In this document: positions 46,275 to 58,944 of the stretch, in pieces
How positions within the stretch are numbered: the stretch's first letter is position 1
Layout: every line of letters starts with the position of its first letter
Assembly (NCBI GenBank): GCA_002269645.1
Contig: NIVC01000199.1
Coordinates: 1 to 64,000 of the forward strand
Origin: Macrostomum lignano
Taxonomy: Eukaryota
DNA: 64,000 nt
Reading direction: 5' to 3'
The notes under the pieces: model-generated
Told to the model about the DNA's origin: nothing
Databases searched by the model: none
Seen by the model: only the letters and a program-made list of their open reading frames with translations
Position numbers and translations under genes: made by a program

Positions 46275-46657
46275 CTACTGCGGCCGCTCATGCATGGCTC
46301 GCAGTTTCCAATAGAAATTTGAGCAGCCGCACTGGCAGGGCAGCTGCTGGTTGCCATAGTTATACCAGCTCGACTTGCACTTGAAAGCCGCCAGACAGAA
46401 GTGCCGGCAGATCATGCGCCAGTGGGCAATCACCTTGGCTGTAATCAGGGGGGGGGGGGCAATTCAGAGATGGTACACCTGCGTCAATTTAAAAGACACA
46501 TGTAGATAAGCCAGGACTCACCGTGCGCCAACGGTATGAACGACACGCGTTTGCTAGCGATTGGAAGGTCATCGGTGTTAGTTGAATCTGCAGCGCCGTC
46601 CACTGCGACAGCGACAGCGCAGGCAAGAATGAAGCAGATGCCAACCAGGACTTGCAT
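46275..46657 (-). CDS. Secreted 6-cysteine propeptide B (paralog of 16424-16782), 99 aa. Exons 46657-46522 and 46438-46275
   Basis: MQVLVGICFILACAVAVAVDGAADSTNTDDLPIASKR | VSFIPLAHAKVIAHWRMICRHFCLAAFKCKSSWYNYGNQQLPCQCGCSNFYWKLRAMHERPQ*. Phase-1 intron with gtgag donor and polypyrimidine-cag acceptor. TATA-like element ~46762-46767. Confidence 0.82.
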
Positions 46658-47199
46658 TTCTGTCTCTATTGATCTATCGAGTAGCAGCTAAGGCCTTTGA
46701 CTGATTCCAAATTTCCAAGTTTGCGCAGCAAAATCAGGCGCAGGGCAGCACGGGCGCTCAATTTATACTATTGATTTTCATCGATGCAGCCAATGAGAGC
46801 GCTAATGGGATGGCTGAAGGACGACTAATCGCAAGTGGGAGGAGCAAAGGAGAGACTGGCGGGGGCGGACTTCAATGAGGGCATGGACAACTACAGTAGA
46901 AAGACGTTTTACTCGCAAATCGTCCAAGTCACATTTGGAGGTTGGCTTTCACATTGCAAAACGGATGACAGACTTAGGAAGTGGGTTTAGTTTCTTTGCA
47001 CCAAATTTCCTAAACCTCACCTTTACAAGTTTAGGTATATTTATTCCTGACTTATAATTTTTATTGCTTGTGCATATTACAAACTAATTTTGCTTCGTTT
47101 AAAAAATGTCCGAATTGTTATCCTTGCCACTGTAGGGTAGCAAGGCTGCCCTACGTACCCGTCTGTGCGACGCGATTCTCAACGAGCGTTTAGCTGCTG

Positions 47200-50100
47200 A
47201 TGCCGCGAGCAGGACTTCCCACAGAGAGCCACGGATGGGGTTCTGACGACTCGTCCGATGGAGGGAGCAGCCGGCGGTCCAAGAGGGGTGGCACCTCTTT
47301 GGGTGGCGCGGCTCTGGATGAGGAGATCGAGCTCACCCGACGACGCATTGAACTGCTAAGGCTGCAGAAAGAAGAGGCAGAGCTGCGACGGTCGGTGGAC
47401 AAGGCACCAGATAATCGCGGTAAGCTACGAGAATTTTTTAGCCAGTCTGCTTGCGCTGAGTCTGATAGGTGGTCCAATGATGGTGAGCTTGATGCTGCCA
47501 ATTTTGCTCCAAGCAACGCTAGAGTTTCATCTGGGCGGCTGCTCCGTATTTGCGACTTCATTGATGCCCCTGGCCAGGCTGATGAGCTTCTTTCGCAGGG
47601 TGAGACAGCAAAGCAGAATCTCAAGAGCGTTAGACCGAAATCTGTAGACTCCGTGACAGTCGGCCAATGGATTTCTGCCAATGCTAAAATCATGTATGCC
47701 ATGCTGCAATCCGGACAGCTAGCGTCTCATGACACCGATAGTGAGCCAAAAAGTCTCTTGGACTACTTGCAGCACGTTATCCACATCGGCGATCTGCTTG
47801 ATGGGGGGTACGACTGGCAAGTCCTTCTTCGTTATGATGACGACCTGCGTAAGTTCCAGCATGCACACGGCTCCAAGTGGTCCCAGCCGCCTTTGTCTCT
47901 GATCTGTAAGCACCTGACGCGTGACGGCCCCAAAGAACCTTCATAGTCGGCAAGCCAGCCAGACTGGCCGCGGTGACCGCCGACAATTCGCTTCGCGAGG
48001 CCAAGCGGTCTGTGGACTGTTTAACAGCTCCACTGGATGTCAGAGACACCTGCAACTATCTGCACTGCTGTCGGATCTGTGGTGGCTCACATGCTGCTGC
48101 TAGCCACACCAACCGTGCTAATCAAGCAAAAAACTGAAAGAAGCGCCGCATGCGGATCCCATGCCTGCCTGCCTCCGACGTCGCTCAACCTGCCTGCCTG
48201 CCTGCCTCCGACGTCGCTCAACCTGCCTGCCTGCCTGCCTCCGACGTCGCTCAACCTGCCTGCCTGCCTGCCTCCGACGTCGCTCAACCTGCCTGCCTGC
48301 CTGCCTCCGACGTCGCTCAACCTGCCTGCCTGCCTGCCTCCGACGTCGCTCAACCTGCCTGCCTGCCTGCCTCCGACGTCGCTCAACCTGCCTGCCTGCC
48401 TGCTTCCGACGTCGCTCAACCTGCCTGCCTGCCTGCCTCCGACATCGCGCAACCTGCCTGCTTGCCTGCCTCCGACGCTGCCAAACCTGCCTGCTTGTCC
48501 GCCTCCATAATCGATCCTGCCTGCCGGCTAGCAAACGGCTGTCCTCCGGTCGATCCTCGTCGGAGCGGTGACCTCGTCGTGGCTGCTTGGGAGGAGCGTC
48601 TTCGTGGAGATCCGGACGAGAATTTCCTTGTCGACAGTCTTCGTGCTGGTTTTTCTTTAATCGACGACGGTTCTAAAGTGCCCGCCTTTGAGTCTGATAA
48701 CTACCCGTCGGTGGAGGAGTTCAGACAGGAGGTCGAATGCCTGCTGCTTGAGGAAATTCGCAGGGGTAGAGTCGTGGTGGTTCCGGATCCGCCTAGCTTG
48801 GTGAGCCCGCTTGGGGCTATTCGCCAATCATCTGGTGGCGTCAGACTCATTCACGACTGCTCCGTCCCCCATAATGCGTCCCTCAACGACTGTTTCACCG
48901 CCGACCGCAAGCTTCGTTTTGCATCTGTCGAGGATTTCGTGCGTCTTCTTCGGCCAGGTCACTTCATGGCCAAAGTTGATATTGCTTCGGCGTATCGGTC
49001 CATCGCCTGCCACCCCAGCTGCTGGCCTCTTCTTGGTCTGAAGTTTAAGTTTTCCGGCGACGATCACGATACTTACATGGAAGACCGACGCCTTCCCATG
49101 GGTTCTGCCGGCTCTGTTCCTAGCTTTCACCGTGTCTCTCAAGCCATTCGTCGCTTCATGGTCAAGGACGGCTATACCGCTGTAGTTAACTATCTGGATG
49201 ACTTTGCTGTCACTGCCGCTACCTACAGAGATTGCTTCAAGGCCTATGACCACCTGCTAAGTCTTCTGGAGCACCTTGGCTTCGAGGTCAACCGTAAAAA
49301 GTGCACCCCGCCTTGTCAGGACATTGTCTTCCTCGGTATCCAGACAGACATCGGAGTCATGTCTCTGCCTCCGGAAAAGCTGCAGGAGCTGCGTCAGTTG
49401 CTCACTGATTGTCTTGCCGCTAGACAAGTCTCTGCTTCTTTCTTGCGTCGCCTCACCGGAAAGTTGAGCTGGTTTTGTCAGGTGCAGAGACAAATTCGCA
49501 TGTTCCTTCGCCCCATCATCGAGTTTACCGAGAAGCTTAGTCGTGAAAATCGTCGAGTGCGCATTTGCGAGAGTTTGCGGCATCTTTTACAATTGTGGGA
49601 ATCGGCCGTCAGGTGTTATCACGATCGTCTTATCTGGCCCATCTTCTCCGATGCTTTGGCCGTGGAAACTGACGCCTGCATCAGTGGCGGCGCTGCAATT
49701 CTCAGCAGTTGCTGCTTCCGCGATTGGTTTTTCGTTTATTTTTCCTCGGACTTGGATGGCCGTTTGGCCGATCTGCACATCAATTACAAGGAGGCGGCTA
49801 TCGCTCCTCTCACTCTGCTGCGGTTTCGTGACCAGCTTCATCAGGCCCAGGTGGTTTTCTACAGCGACAACCAAGCAGCTGTCGGCATGTTCAACCGGGG
49901 CTCTGCTAAGTGTCCTATCGTGAATGATCTTCTGATGCAGGCTGGGCTTGTCTGCATGCAGCAGCAGATCACTTTCAAGGTCTTTTACATGCCCGGTTGC
50001 CGCCAGTTCCTCGCTGACCCCGCCTCTCGTCTCCTGACGGGAGACGCTGCTCTGATTGATTTTGCCTCTCGTTTCTACGGTCATTTGTTGATTGATCCCT

Positions 50101-51192
50101 CTGAATTTGCTTCGCATGCGCTGGGTCCTGCTTCCGCTTCCACCCTGTTTTTCAGGTGCCGCCTCCTTTGGGCTGCCAACCGAGCTGCTCCCTCTAGTTC
50201 GCGCCGCCTTCGCACCGGCGTCGCTGCGGTCGCTGGAAAGCAAATGGAGGATGTGGAGCGCTTTCTGCAGCGAGTCAAAGATCAACGCTCTGAAGCCGAC
50301 TCCGACTCAGATTTGCCAGTTCATCAACTTCCTCATGCACCATCGCTTGTCGCGGCAATCGAGCCTGCAGGCATACGTCAGCTCGATCGCCACTCTGTTG
50401 CGACTCAGCGACTCTCCGGTTACGACAGACTCTGGACTCGTGCGCTTGGCTCTTCGAGGTGCGAAGCGGCTGCTGGCCGCAACGCCCACTTGCCGCAAGG
50501 CTGCGGTGGGGCCGAGTCATCTTCTGCGACTGCGGCGCTGCCTGCAGCTGCAGACCGGCATTGGAGCTTCTCTGTGGAGCCTCATCTTAGCCGGCTGGTG
50601 GGCGATGCTGCGGGCGGCCAATCTCTGCTCTGTCAGCCGGGCAAACGTCGGCACGGCGGTGCTGATCAGCGATCTTCGCCTGGGCGTCAAGGAGGCTCGG
50701 ATTTCTGTTCGCCTATCCAAGACGAATCAATTCGGCGAGCACCGTCATGTCGTTCTTCTGCCCTGCATCTGCAAGAGTGCGACTGCTCCGCTGTGTCCGC
50801 TTTGTGCGCTCCATCATCATTTCAGCCGGAACTCTCTAGACATTGCCCCTCTTTCGCAGCCTCTGTTCTCTACCCTGCAGTCAGCAGGAAGCTGGATGAG
50901 CTTAACTGCAGCGCATGTCCGGCGCGAGTTGTCCCAGCTTTTTTACCAGGCTGGCCTTCCAAGAGACCGCTTTTCAATGCACAGCCTGCGCCGAGGCGGC
51001 GCCAGCTTTGCCAGGCGTTCAGGCATCGCGAGCGAGGATATCAAAGCCATTGGCGACTGGAAGAGCGATGCGGTTCATCTCTATGCGGGCCGGCAGCCGC
51101 AGGTGGCCAGCCGTACTGTTCGTCGCATCGGGCGGCGGTTCAGGCTGCGTTCTAACTGTTTAGCTGTTGAACTGTGTCTGTGGGGGCGTTAG
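47200..51192 (+). mobile_element. Tyrosine-recombinase retrotransposon (DIRS order, Ngaro-like). gag-like ORF1 47200-~48137 (frameshifted), RT-RNase H ORF 48150-51155, YR ORF 50092-51192
   Basis: RT: FMAKVDIASAY, LPMG, NYLDDF, FLG. RNase H: ETDAC, INYKEA, YSDNQAAV, ADPASR. YR: LRAANL, SKTNQFG, HSLRRGGA, GDWKSDAVHLY. ORF1 C-terminal C..FN...C...C.Y.H.C..C...H zinc finger. Overlapping ORFs, no methyltransferase domain. Confidence 0.92.
48165..48500 (+). repeat. 33-bp in-frame minisatellite at the start of the retroelement RT ORF (ACLPASDVAQP x ~10)
   Basis: cctgcctgcctccgacgtcgctcaacctgcctg repeats. Confidence 0.95.
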
Positions 51193-51682
51193 CTTTTTCG
51201 TTCTTTTTTACCCCTGCGCTCTTGCCACCCCTTGTCTTGCCTCGTTCCTTTCCCCGCGGTTTAATTGAAGTAGAAAATTCGCTGAAACTGTACTTGCGTC
51301 CAATTCTCATTGACAGGATAAAGGGGGTTAACAAATCGAGATCCTGTCTAACGGAAACCGGAGACAAACAAGCTATAGTTTCAGCGTAAAATCTCAGCTA
51401 CTCCTGTCTGTCTGGTGAATTTTTTCTAGAAGTATTTTACCGTGATCGAATTTGTCTATGGTGAAAGCCCATCCATCCAGAGCTATATAAAAACAGCGAA
51501 TCTTTGCAAAATCTTTGACTAACTTGTTGCAAACATCTAGCTAGCTTCACCGCTCCACCGAAGAGAAGCTAAGCAAGACTATTTGCGATTCCGAATAGCG
51601 GTTGAAGGAACTGCGAGCTTTGAAGAGTGCCGTCACCTCTATGCATCAGGGGTGTGGCCTTCATCAACGTGTATTTGAGGTA

Positions 51683-51836
51683 GGCACCAGGGGCTTTAGC
51701 AACAGGGGCTTTAGCAACAGGGGCTTTAGCACCAGGGGCTTTAGCACCAGGGGCTTTAGCACCAGGGGCTTTAACACCAGGGGCTTTAGCACCAGGGCTT
51801 TAGCACCAGGGGCTTTAGCACCAGGGGCTTTAGCAC
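51683..51836. repeat. 15-bp minisatellite (agcaccaggggcttt)n, related to the 16-bp array at 8845-11320
   Basis: Unit differs by one nt from gcaccaaggggcttta. Confidence 0.9.
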
Positions 51837-52877
51837 TAGTTGCTATATTAATAATTATAACTTTATTCGTTAGTGCTAAGCCGATCTTAAGATCTTAAGA
51901 ACTCCGTCTCCGGTTATTTTCTATTTGTTTAGACAGCGGAAGGAATCACTGAGACATTTTATAAAGATTTTCGCATTGTCTATTGCTTAATTCTTCTTTG
52001 AAATCTGTGACTAGTTTCAGGTGGCGGAAGTACGAGCGTAGTTTGGTCATTTAATTACCTCCTAATGGACAAAAAAACTGCTGCAGCAGAACGTTAAGGA
52101 GGATTTCGCTGGCCTTTAAAGGCATCTTCACTTTTGTAACGATTTTGAAGTTCTGTAAAAACTCTTAAAAGCGCCTGACTGATAGTCTAATGCGAAGAGG
52201 AACTGCTTTATCCTAAGGCCGTATCCGGCCATGCAGTATCTGGTTAAAAATAGAACGATTCCCACACCTGATCAGACGGACGCAACAGTGCTTGCTTGGC
52301 TCTGCTCGTGCAATTAACGCCCAGCTTTGCCTAACGATAAATAAATTTAGGCCCGCTGTACACTCCTGTGTGAGTGTGTGCCTGTGCGTATGACTGCGTA
52401 CGTATCCGCGCGCTTGTGTGCCTGCTCAGGGGAGTCGGCGGAATGGGCAGTAATGCCTTTCGCCGGTTGTGAGACAATGTCGCTTACAGTTCGCCAGGGG
52501 GCCACACAGTAAAAAAGTTTACCAAAAGGTGTGAGATCGGACGAGACGAGAAATTAGGCAGGAAATTATTCGAGATTTTCGCCTTTAAGGCGAGACTTGA
52601 GGACTCTGCACAGGTAAGATGATTTGATTGATTGCTCAATGAGAACCATGCGGGTTAGCTCATTTTAAAAAATAGACCTAGCGTAAGGCCTTATTATGAA
52701 GGATAAAAGACACTGTATAAACAGTAATCCTAAATAAGAGACTTTATTAACTATACGAATGGCAAAGTACGAGCGTAGGTTGGCAATTTTGGCTGCAAAA
52801 AAACAAGCCAAAAACACGTGACCGATAGGCAGCCAATTTCCAGATCGCAGCTGGATATAAGAATACACATATTCTTA

Positions 52878-53135
52878 CCATAGACAAAATTTCTCGAGTC
52901 ACGAAGGAAGAGAAGAGAGAATCTCGCTTATTTAGATACATACAATAATCCTTGCAATATGTCCGGGAAAGTGATCGATTAAATCCCGCAAAATAACATC
53001 TATGTCAATAACCTCCCTGAAAGTGAGCTTTAAAGTGGTTTAAAGCTCGTTTCGGCCCGATGCAGCCCATCCATATTAGTGTAATAATTAGCGAGCGAGA
53101 AACCGCGTTTCACGGCCCGCTGAAAATGTCTATGG
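52878..53135. mobile_element. MITE-like element bounded by CCATAGACA...TGTCTATGG; inverted second copy at ~55917-56098
   Basis: The internal sequence (ctcgagtcacgaaggaagagaag...gtgagctttaaagtggtttaa) recurs as reverse complement in intron 1 of the glycosyltransferase. Confidence 0.6.
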
Positions 53136-53901
53136 CAAAGTCAGAAGACAGCGGGGTCAAGGGGGCGCCACCAGCACTCACTCTAGAGAAATCAAGAAAG
53201 AAATGAAATCTAAGAAATTGTCTATGGCCAAAACTATAGCTCCTTATTTTGTGAATATATAAATATATATGCTCTAGTTGGGTCGAAATAACCTCTGGAG
53301 CGTATTGCAAGGCCGCTCAATTGTAATGTTAACAAAGTAGCACTGAAGCTAACCATTCGAAATTCCAAAACTGAAGGAGCAGCAACGTACTATTTATGCT
53401 GCAGTCTATTCAGAAATTTTTACATGTTGTGCCTCAATTAGCTTTGCTTTGCAGGCTTTTTTGTTGCATTTACACTCGTGTACTTATTCCACGATTGGCG
53501 ATAATTATAGCTATTAAAAATACTACCTTACATAATGTTCTTCTAACAACACGTTCGTCTACGAGTGTTTATTCCGCATAAATTTACATGCATATCTGAA
53601 TATTAATTCAGGTTTAGCTACTAAACTAAACTACTAAGAAGTAAATCTACATGTACCTGTAATATTATTTAATCAGATTCAATAATTAGATCCCAAAAAT
53701 CGGCCTTTCTAAATCATTCGAGTATACTACTTAAATGTTGCTAGTAGTGTATTTATTGATGAGTAAACTATACTAACGATAGTAATTGATTTAAAACTGT
53801 GCTTAAAGAAGGTAAGAGTATAGGATCGAGTGCAAATTTTGTGACCGCGAATTACTCTCCAAGTTAAAGATGGACTGCGGTCTCCAAGCACCTGTCAACA
53901 G

Positions 53902-56583
53902 CTACAGTAGGCTTTCGCTGCCATAGAGAATATACCTGACCACCTGGCCAAACATGGAATTCAGTCTGCGAACTGAAGTCTCGTTAATCGCTGGACGACT
54001 AAATCGCCACAGGTGTAGCAGATGATTGTTGCGCCAATTCCACCTGGGTATTTTTGTGTTATTGGTGAGATCGCCGTACAGCATGCTCAGCTCCCGTTCG
54101 GTCCAACCCGGACGCGCAAAGGACTGGTTCTCCACTCGGCACAGATACGGATATCGCTGCCAAATCTGCTGGGGCAGCAGCACCGAATGCTGAGCCCACT
54201 GCCTGTCATCAAAAGTCTGGTAGAGCATGTACCACAGCATTAGGAAAACGTCTCCCGGCTTGGTCATGAAGGCACCGATGGTCAGACCGATGGACGACTC
54301 GCGGCCGATCACGCAGTCAAAACTGCAAAGTTTAATTGAAGATATATCATCTAGTTGTCTAGTAAATACAGTAGTCAATTAGTTAATAAACTCTTGGAAA
54401 ACATGAACCAGGAAGTAATATCCTTCAGGCTTGTTCGCACAGCCGTCAAATAAGAAATCAAATGAAACAACCGATGTTCGAGCTACGTACAAAGCATATG
54501 TGTCTACTTGTTTACAAGCAGGATGATTACGCGAAAAATGGCCTGGTGGCGGTGTGAACTTGTCCTAGAGCCCTAAGTTCTCAGTCCTTAAGCTGTCCAA
54601 CTCTCATAAAAGTCATTGGATTCGATTCCGCACAAAGTCACTTTGGGGGAGTCGTGTACGTCGTACGATTCATAAGAACCAATCTACTTGACACAGAGCT
54701 ATAGAGTGTGTACTTGGTGACATCAAGAAAGTCACAACTGCTCTACAACCCTGTGTGCTTTCGTGTACGAACTTACGTGTCTGTGCCCCATAGTCAAAAA
54801 CGTTTATACTACTGTCCAATAGTATTATCTACTTTCACTTTCAGCACCACCCAAAGGCTCGTCGAGTCCGCGACTAGCTGCAGACTGTTACCGCTCATTT
54901 TGAGTTCAAATTTACTCACCGTCTCAGTGGTTGCAGAGAGCGCAAAGTCAATACGTCAGTGTCCAAAATAATACCACCGATGGTGATGCCAGTTTCCAGC
55001 TTCATCACGTCCACCTGATGCTGGATGACTCGCACGTTTCGATTGAACACTCGTTTAGGCAGCGGTCTCGTTGCTAGCAGCAGCTGGTTCTGCTTGCCGT
55101 GCGCAGTCAGATTACTTTTCAACTGGTGCCAGTAGTGCCCATCGGGCATAGCGCTGCACCAGATGATGACGAAATCAGTTCCGGATAACCAGGCTGCGCT
55201 GAGGAGAGCCACGTAGTGGTGAAATTCTAATTCGACGTAGCGCTGCCTCGGATAGAACAAGAAAAAATGTACAGCATTTGGAATGGTTGCAGTTGGCTGC
55301 TACTCGCCCGAATTGCTGAGACGATCCGGTAAGCGCTGAGCTCACGACCGTCCATGGTTCGAAACTGGTGACCAGCTAGGTTCAGCCCGTCCGGATAGTA
55401 CTCCGACAGCAGAGGAGCCACTTCAATCGAAAGAATAGGAAAATTATAATCTTTTAGAGCTATCAACACAGTAATACTTAAAGTACTCCATGTATAGCTA
55501 TGCGTGTAAAGACGTAGCTTTTATGCTCAGTTGAAAAATACCCCCCACCCCTATTTTAAGAATCGCTGTACAAGGCTTTCCAGACACTAAAGGCATGCAC
55601 ATCTCTATTGGCCCAAACTTTTAAATTTTGCGTTCAGTAAAAAAGTCGCTGTCTGAGGCATATATAGTATAGGTTTCTACGCTCGTACTTACTCAGCGTG
55701 TTGGTTACAACGTTAAAATCTGGTGCAGTAGAGACTGGCAATGCTGCAGTGTAATTGCTGCTCAAGCTCAGTCTTACCTCATCGCACTGAAGGTGTCAGC
55801 CTACATGACTTTAACTATTACTGTTCCTGCGTTTCTGGTTTTACAAAATGTGAGCATTGGCATATTTCTTCAACTGAGCGCAAAAGATATTGTTAGTAAA
55901 AAATAGTTATATACTCTTAAACCACTTTAAAGCTCACTTTCAGGTAGGTTATTGACATAGATTTTATTTTGCGGGATTTAATCGATCACTTTCCCGGACA
56001 TATTGCAAGGATTATTGTATGCATCTAAATAAGCGAGCTTCTCTCTTCTCTTCCTTCGTGACTCGAGAAATTTCTTAATGAAATTTTTTCTATGGTAAAA
56101 AGGGGGGCTTCGCCCCCACACCCACAGCAGGGGCTTCGCCCCCACACCCCCATCACCAACTTCAACCATAGACATACAAATATGGCTCCGGGATTTATCT
56201 GAATACATCCCGCAAAATTAAAGTAGTTTAAATAAGATATTCTATGGTATTCTATGATATTCTATCTATCTATATCTATATCTATATTAGAGTTACTTGC
56301 CTTTATTACTAGGTTTTACCGTGTTTGCGAGCTCCAGAAAGACGCCCGTTTCGAAGAGGTGACGCAAAATCTCTCTCGAGGAATTTTGATGCAATGGCTC
56401 GTTTAACAAAGTCAATTCACCTGTGTTGCTGTTGATGCTTGAAAAGTTTGAGTCTGCGTACCAAGTCAGCAGGTTTAGCTTCTTGTAGTGCAGTCTTTTG
56501 ATCAACACAGTCGCTATGGCGCTTATTACCAGCACGGCTGTAACTAGCTTTAGTCGTGACAGAAGGCGAAACTCTTGCGGCAT
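53902..56583 (-). CDS. Type II membrane DxD glycosyltransferase (A4GNT / alpha-1,4-transferase-like, GT32). Exons 56583-56301, 55450-54920 (1-nt frameshift near 55297), 54322-53902
   Basis: N-terminal TM (LVTAVLVISAIATVLI), IPNAVHFFLF, HQVDVMKLE...GGIILDTDV, FLMLWYMLY...W..HSV..P. Intron 1 uses a GC donor (AAAG|GCAAGT) with matching phase. Confidence 0.8.
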
Positions 56584-57663
56584 CCCGGAACTTCAATATT
56601 TCATAAACTGTTAAACAAATCAGAAAGAGAATTTATGACGGTTTTTCCAGAACAGCAAGGCGTATATAGATTATGATGACGGATGCAACGATTGTATGAG
56701 GGCTGCTACGGAGGCACCCTAGTAAAAAATGTCAATTGTCAATTGTCAGCCATTTTGATTTGTGCGACTTATAACTTCACCTCCACTCTCGAGTAGGGAC
56801 ACTGCCGAGATAAAAATGTTTAGAATTAAGTTTTAAATGGAGATTTTCCTGGCAGAATTGCCAACGGTATGAATTGTGTGGAATTGTTCCAATGCTCGAC
56901 TCGAGTGCCGGAGAAGTAAAATCCGATTGAAATTATAACCCAGTGGGTCAGGATGTACATATACGAGAATGTGCGCCTGGGTGGGTGACCGCCCTTATTG
57001 GAGCGACATCCAGCGCCGGACGCATTTCTATAGGTCTTTTTTCTAGCACAATGTAGAAAAAAAGATCTTTAATGCACCTGACGGTTGACGTACTTGAGCT
57101 GGAGTGGCGCAAAAATAGCCTCTCCCCCCAGCTTTGCATTCAGAAAGCCATTTTGCAGATCAGAAATCAGCGATCATTTTTAGTTAGTAACTATTGGATC
57201 AACCCTGGCTGCTAAGATTATAAAAGATGCTTTAAAAAAAGAATTTTACGTAAGGCGATTTTAAAACGTTCAATTCGCGGTATTCACGAGTACGCCAACA
57301 ATTTTATTCATTTCTGTGCCTTCAATTTTATGACACTTTTTGCGCATGATGTATCATTCATGTATGTATCAGTTTCAGAATTTTGCTAGGCAAGCTTACA
57401 TGTAAGTGCCAGGGAAGCCTCTATGGTCGCTGCGCTCCCCAGGAAGGGACACTCACCCGCCCACCCCACCCCGCTATCGAGTTTAGGGGATGGTAGATAA
57501 TGAAATGATGCTGCTGCTTATCGATTTCTCGCTAAAGCAGTTTGTACGCGACCTTTTGTAACACCTCTCGTAGTTCATAGCTTGCTAAGTGGAAAAAGAA
57601 TGATTGGACAGCAATAACTGGATATTTGCAGCAATCTGCTTTTAAACTTTGCTAAAATAAATC

Positions 57664-58091
57664 ATGGTATTTATTTGCTGTGCTCCACTCTGTGTCACCA
57701 ATCTGCCACGATATGAGAAGAATCAGGCAGTCTCCATGCACAAATACCTCCATCTACACAGCCGAAGCTTTTGGAAAAATGGATCTCTGCAATTCCCCGA
57801 AAGTGGACAGCAGCAGAGTTGGAGAAGTACAACTACCGGATCTGAAGCACAACTACCGGATCTGAAGCACAACTACCGGATCTGAAGCACAACTACCGGA
57901 TCTGCTCGATGCATTTTTTGAAAAGGTTATTTGTAACCAACTCTCAGGACTCCAACTCCAACCGTAAGCGCTCCGCATTTGCAAAGGCAAATGGACAAGC
58001 AAAGAAGCTGAAAAATCGACGGTTGACTTCTGATGCCGTACCCAGCATCTTTCCAAACGCGCCATCCTTACTTCAAAAAAACTGTTCCTGA
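57664..58091 (+). pseudogene. Disrupted THAP zinc-finger domain (P-element/THAP transposon-like remnant)
   Basis: Read across frameshifts: MVFICCAPLC...SMHKY / KWISAIPRKW / RICSMHF...LTSDAVPSIFP. Interrupted by a 20-bp tandem duplication (caactaccggatctgaagca x ~4, 57828-57904). Confidence 0.7.
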
Positions 58092-58944
58092 GGAGCGACC
58101 TACCACAATGACACCTGCTCAGACTCGGCGAGAGAATGCCATGCGTCGCTGAGGATGAGGCAGAAACATTCCTCGAAAGCGATGTCATTGGGGGCTTCCC
58201 TGATCTACTAGCGTTCCAGCTGCCGATCATTCGCGCTGTTTTTTAAGCACGCATCCGAGTCTCAGGTAAAATTCTTCACCACCCGTGTGTCCTCTGCTGA
58301 TAGGATAGAGATCGCAATGTCAGTGACAGTAGATGAGACTTTTGACTTTGGGTCAGTATTGATGGATCGATGCAGATTGGCTTTGCCAATGATCTCATGG
58401 TGCCCGACAGAAAGTTTAGCACATTTTCTAGTCTAGTCTAGTCGACAGCTTGTAGGTAGAGAACGGTCACTTCGTCATACTAGCAATCTGCGTCCCCTGT
58501 TGGAGGAGGCAACAAAGAAGGGTCAAATAGAGAGAATTGTTTATTATTCTTTTAACGTTTATTCCTAATGTGTATTCCGATGTTCTAAATGAGCTGAATG
58601 ACTTGGGATACGGGAATGCTTTTTTAGTGCCGTTGTGGACAGTTAGAAACTCTAATTCGGTTGCTTCCTAGCTGGTCGAATTTCTGGACAAACTAGAGGC
58701 TCCTGACCCTCAACCTCAATGGACACTTCAGCGAGTTGGAAGCAGGCTTCTCAAATTAACCTGCTGTAAATGGCACATTTCTTTTTGTTCAATCCTGAAG
58801 CTTTGCAAATTTAATATCAACAACAAGTTTCCAGATACATGTAAAATAGGGATACATGTAAACATCGATTTATATAAGCTCGTACAGCTGCTTCAGCCTG
58901 GAAGAAAACAGAGAAAGCCCGGCGGAAGAAAATAAAGCTAAGGT

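Noticed and set aside
50200-51155. C-terminal ~300 aa of the 1001-aa ORF as a separate novel domain
   Set aside because: It is the alternate frame of the overlapping YR gene and shows no recognisable motif after RNase H
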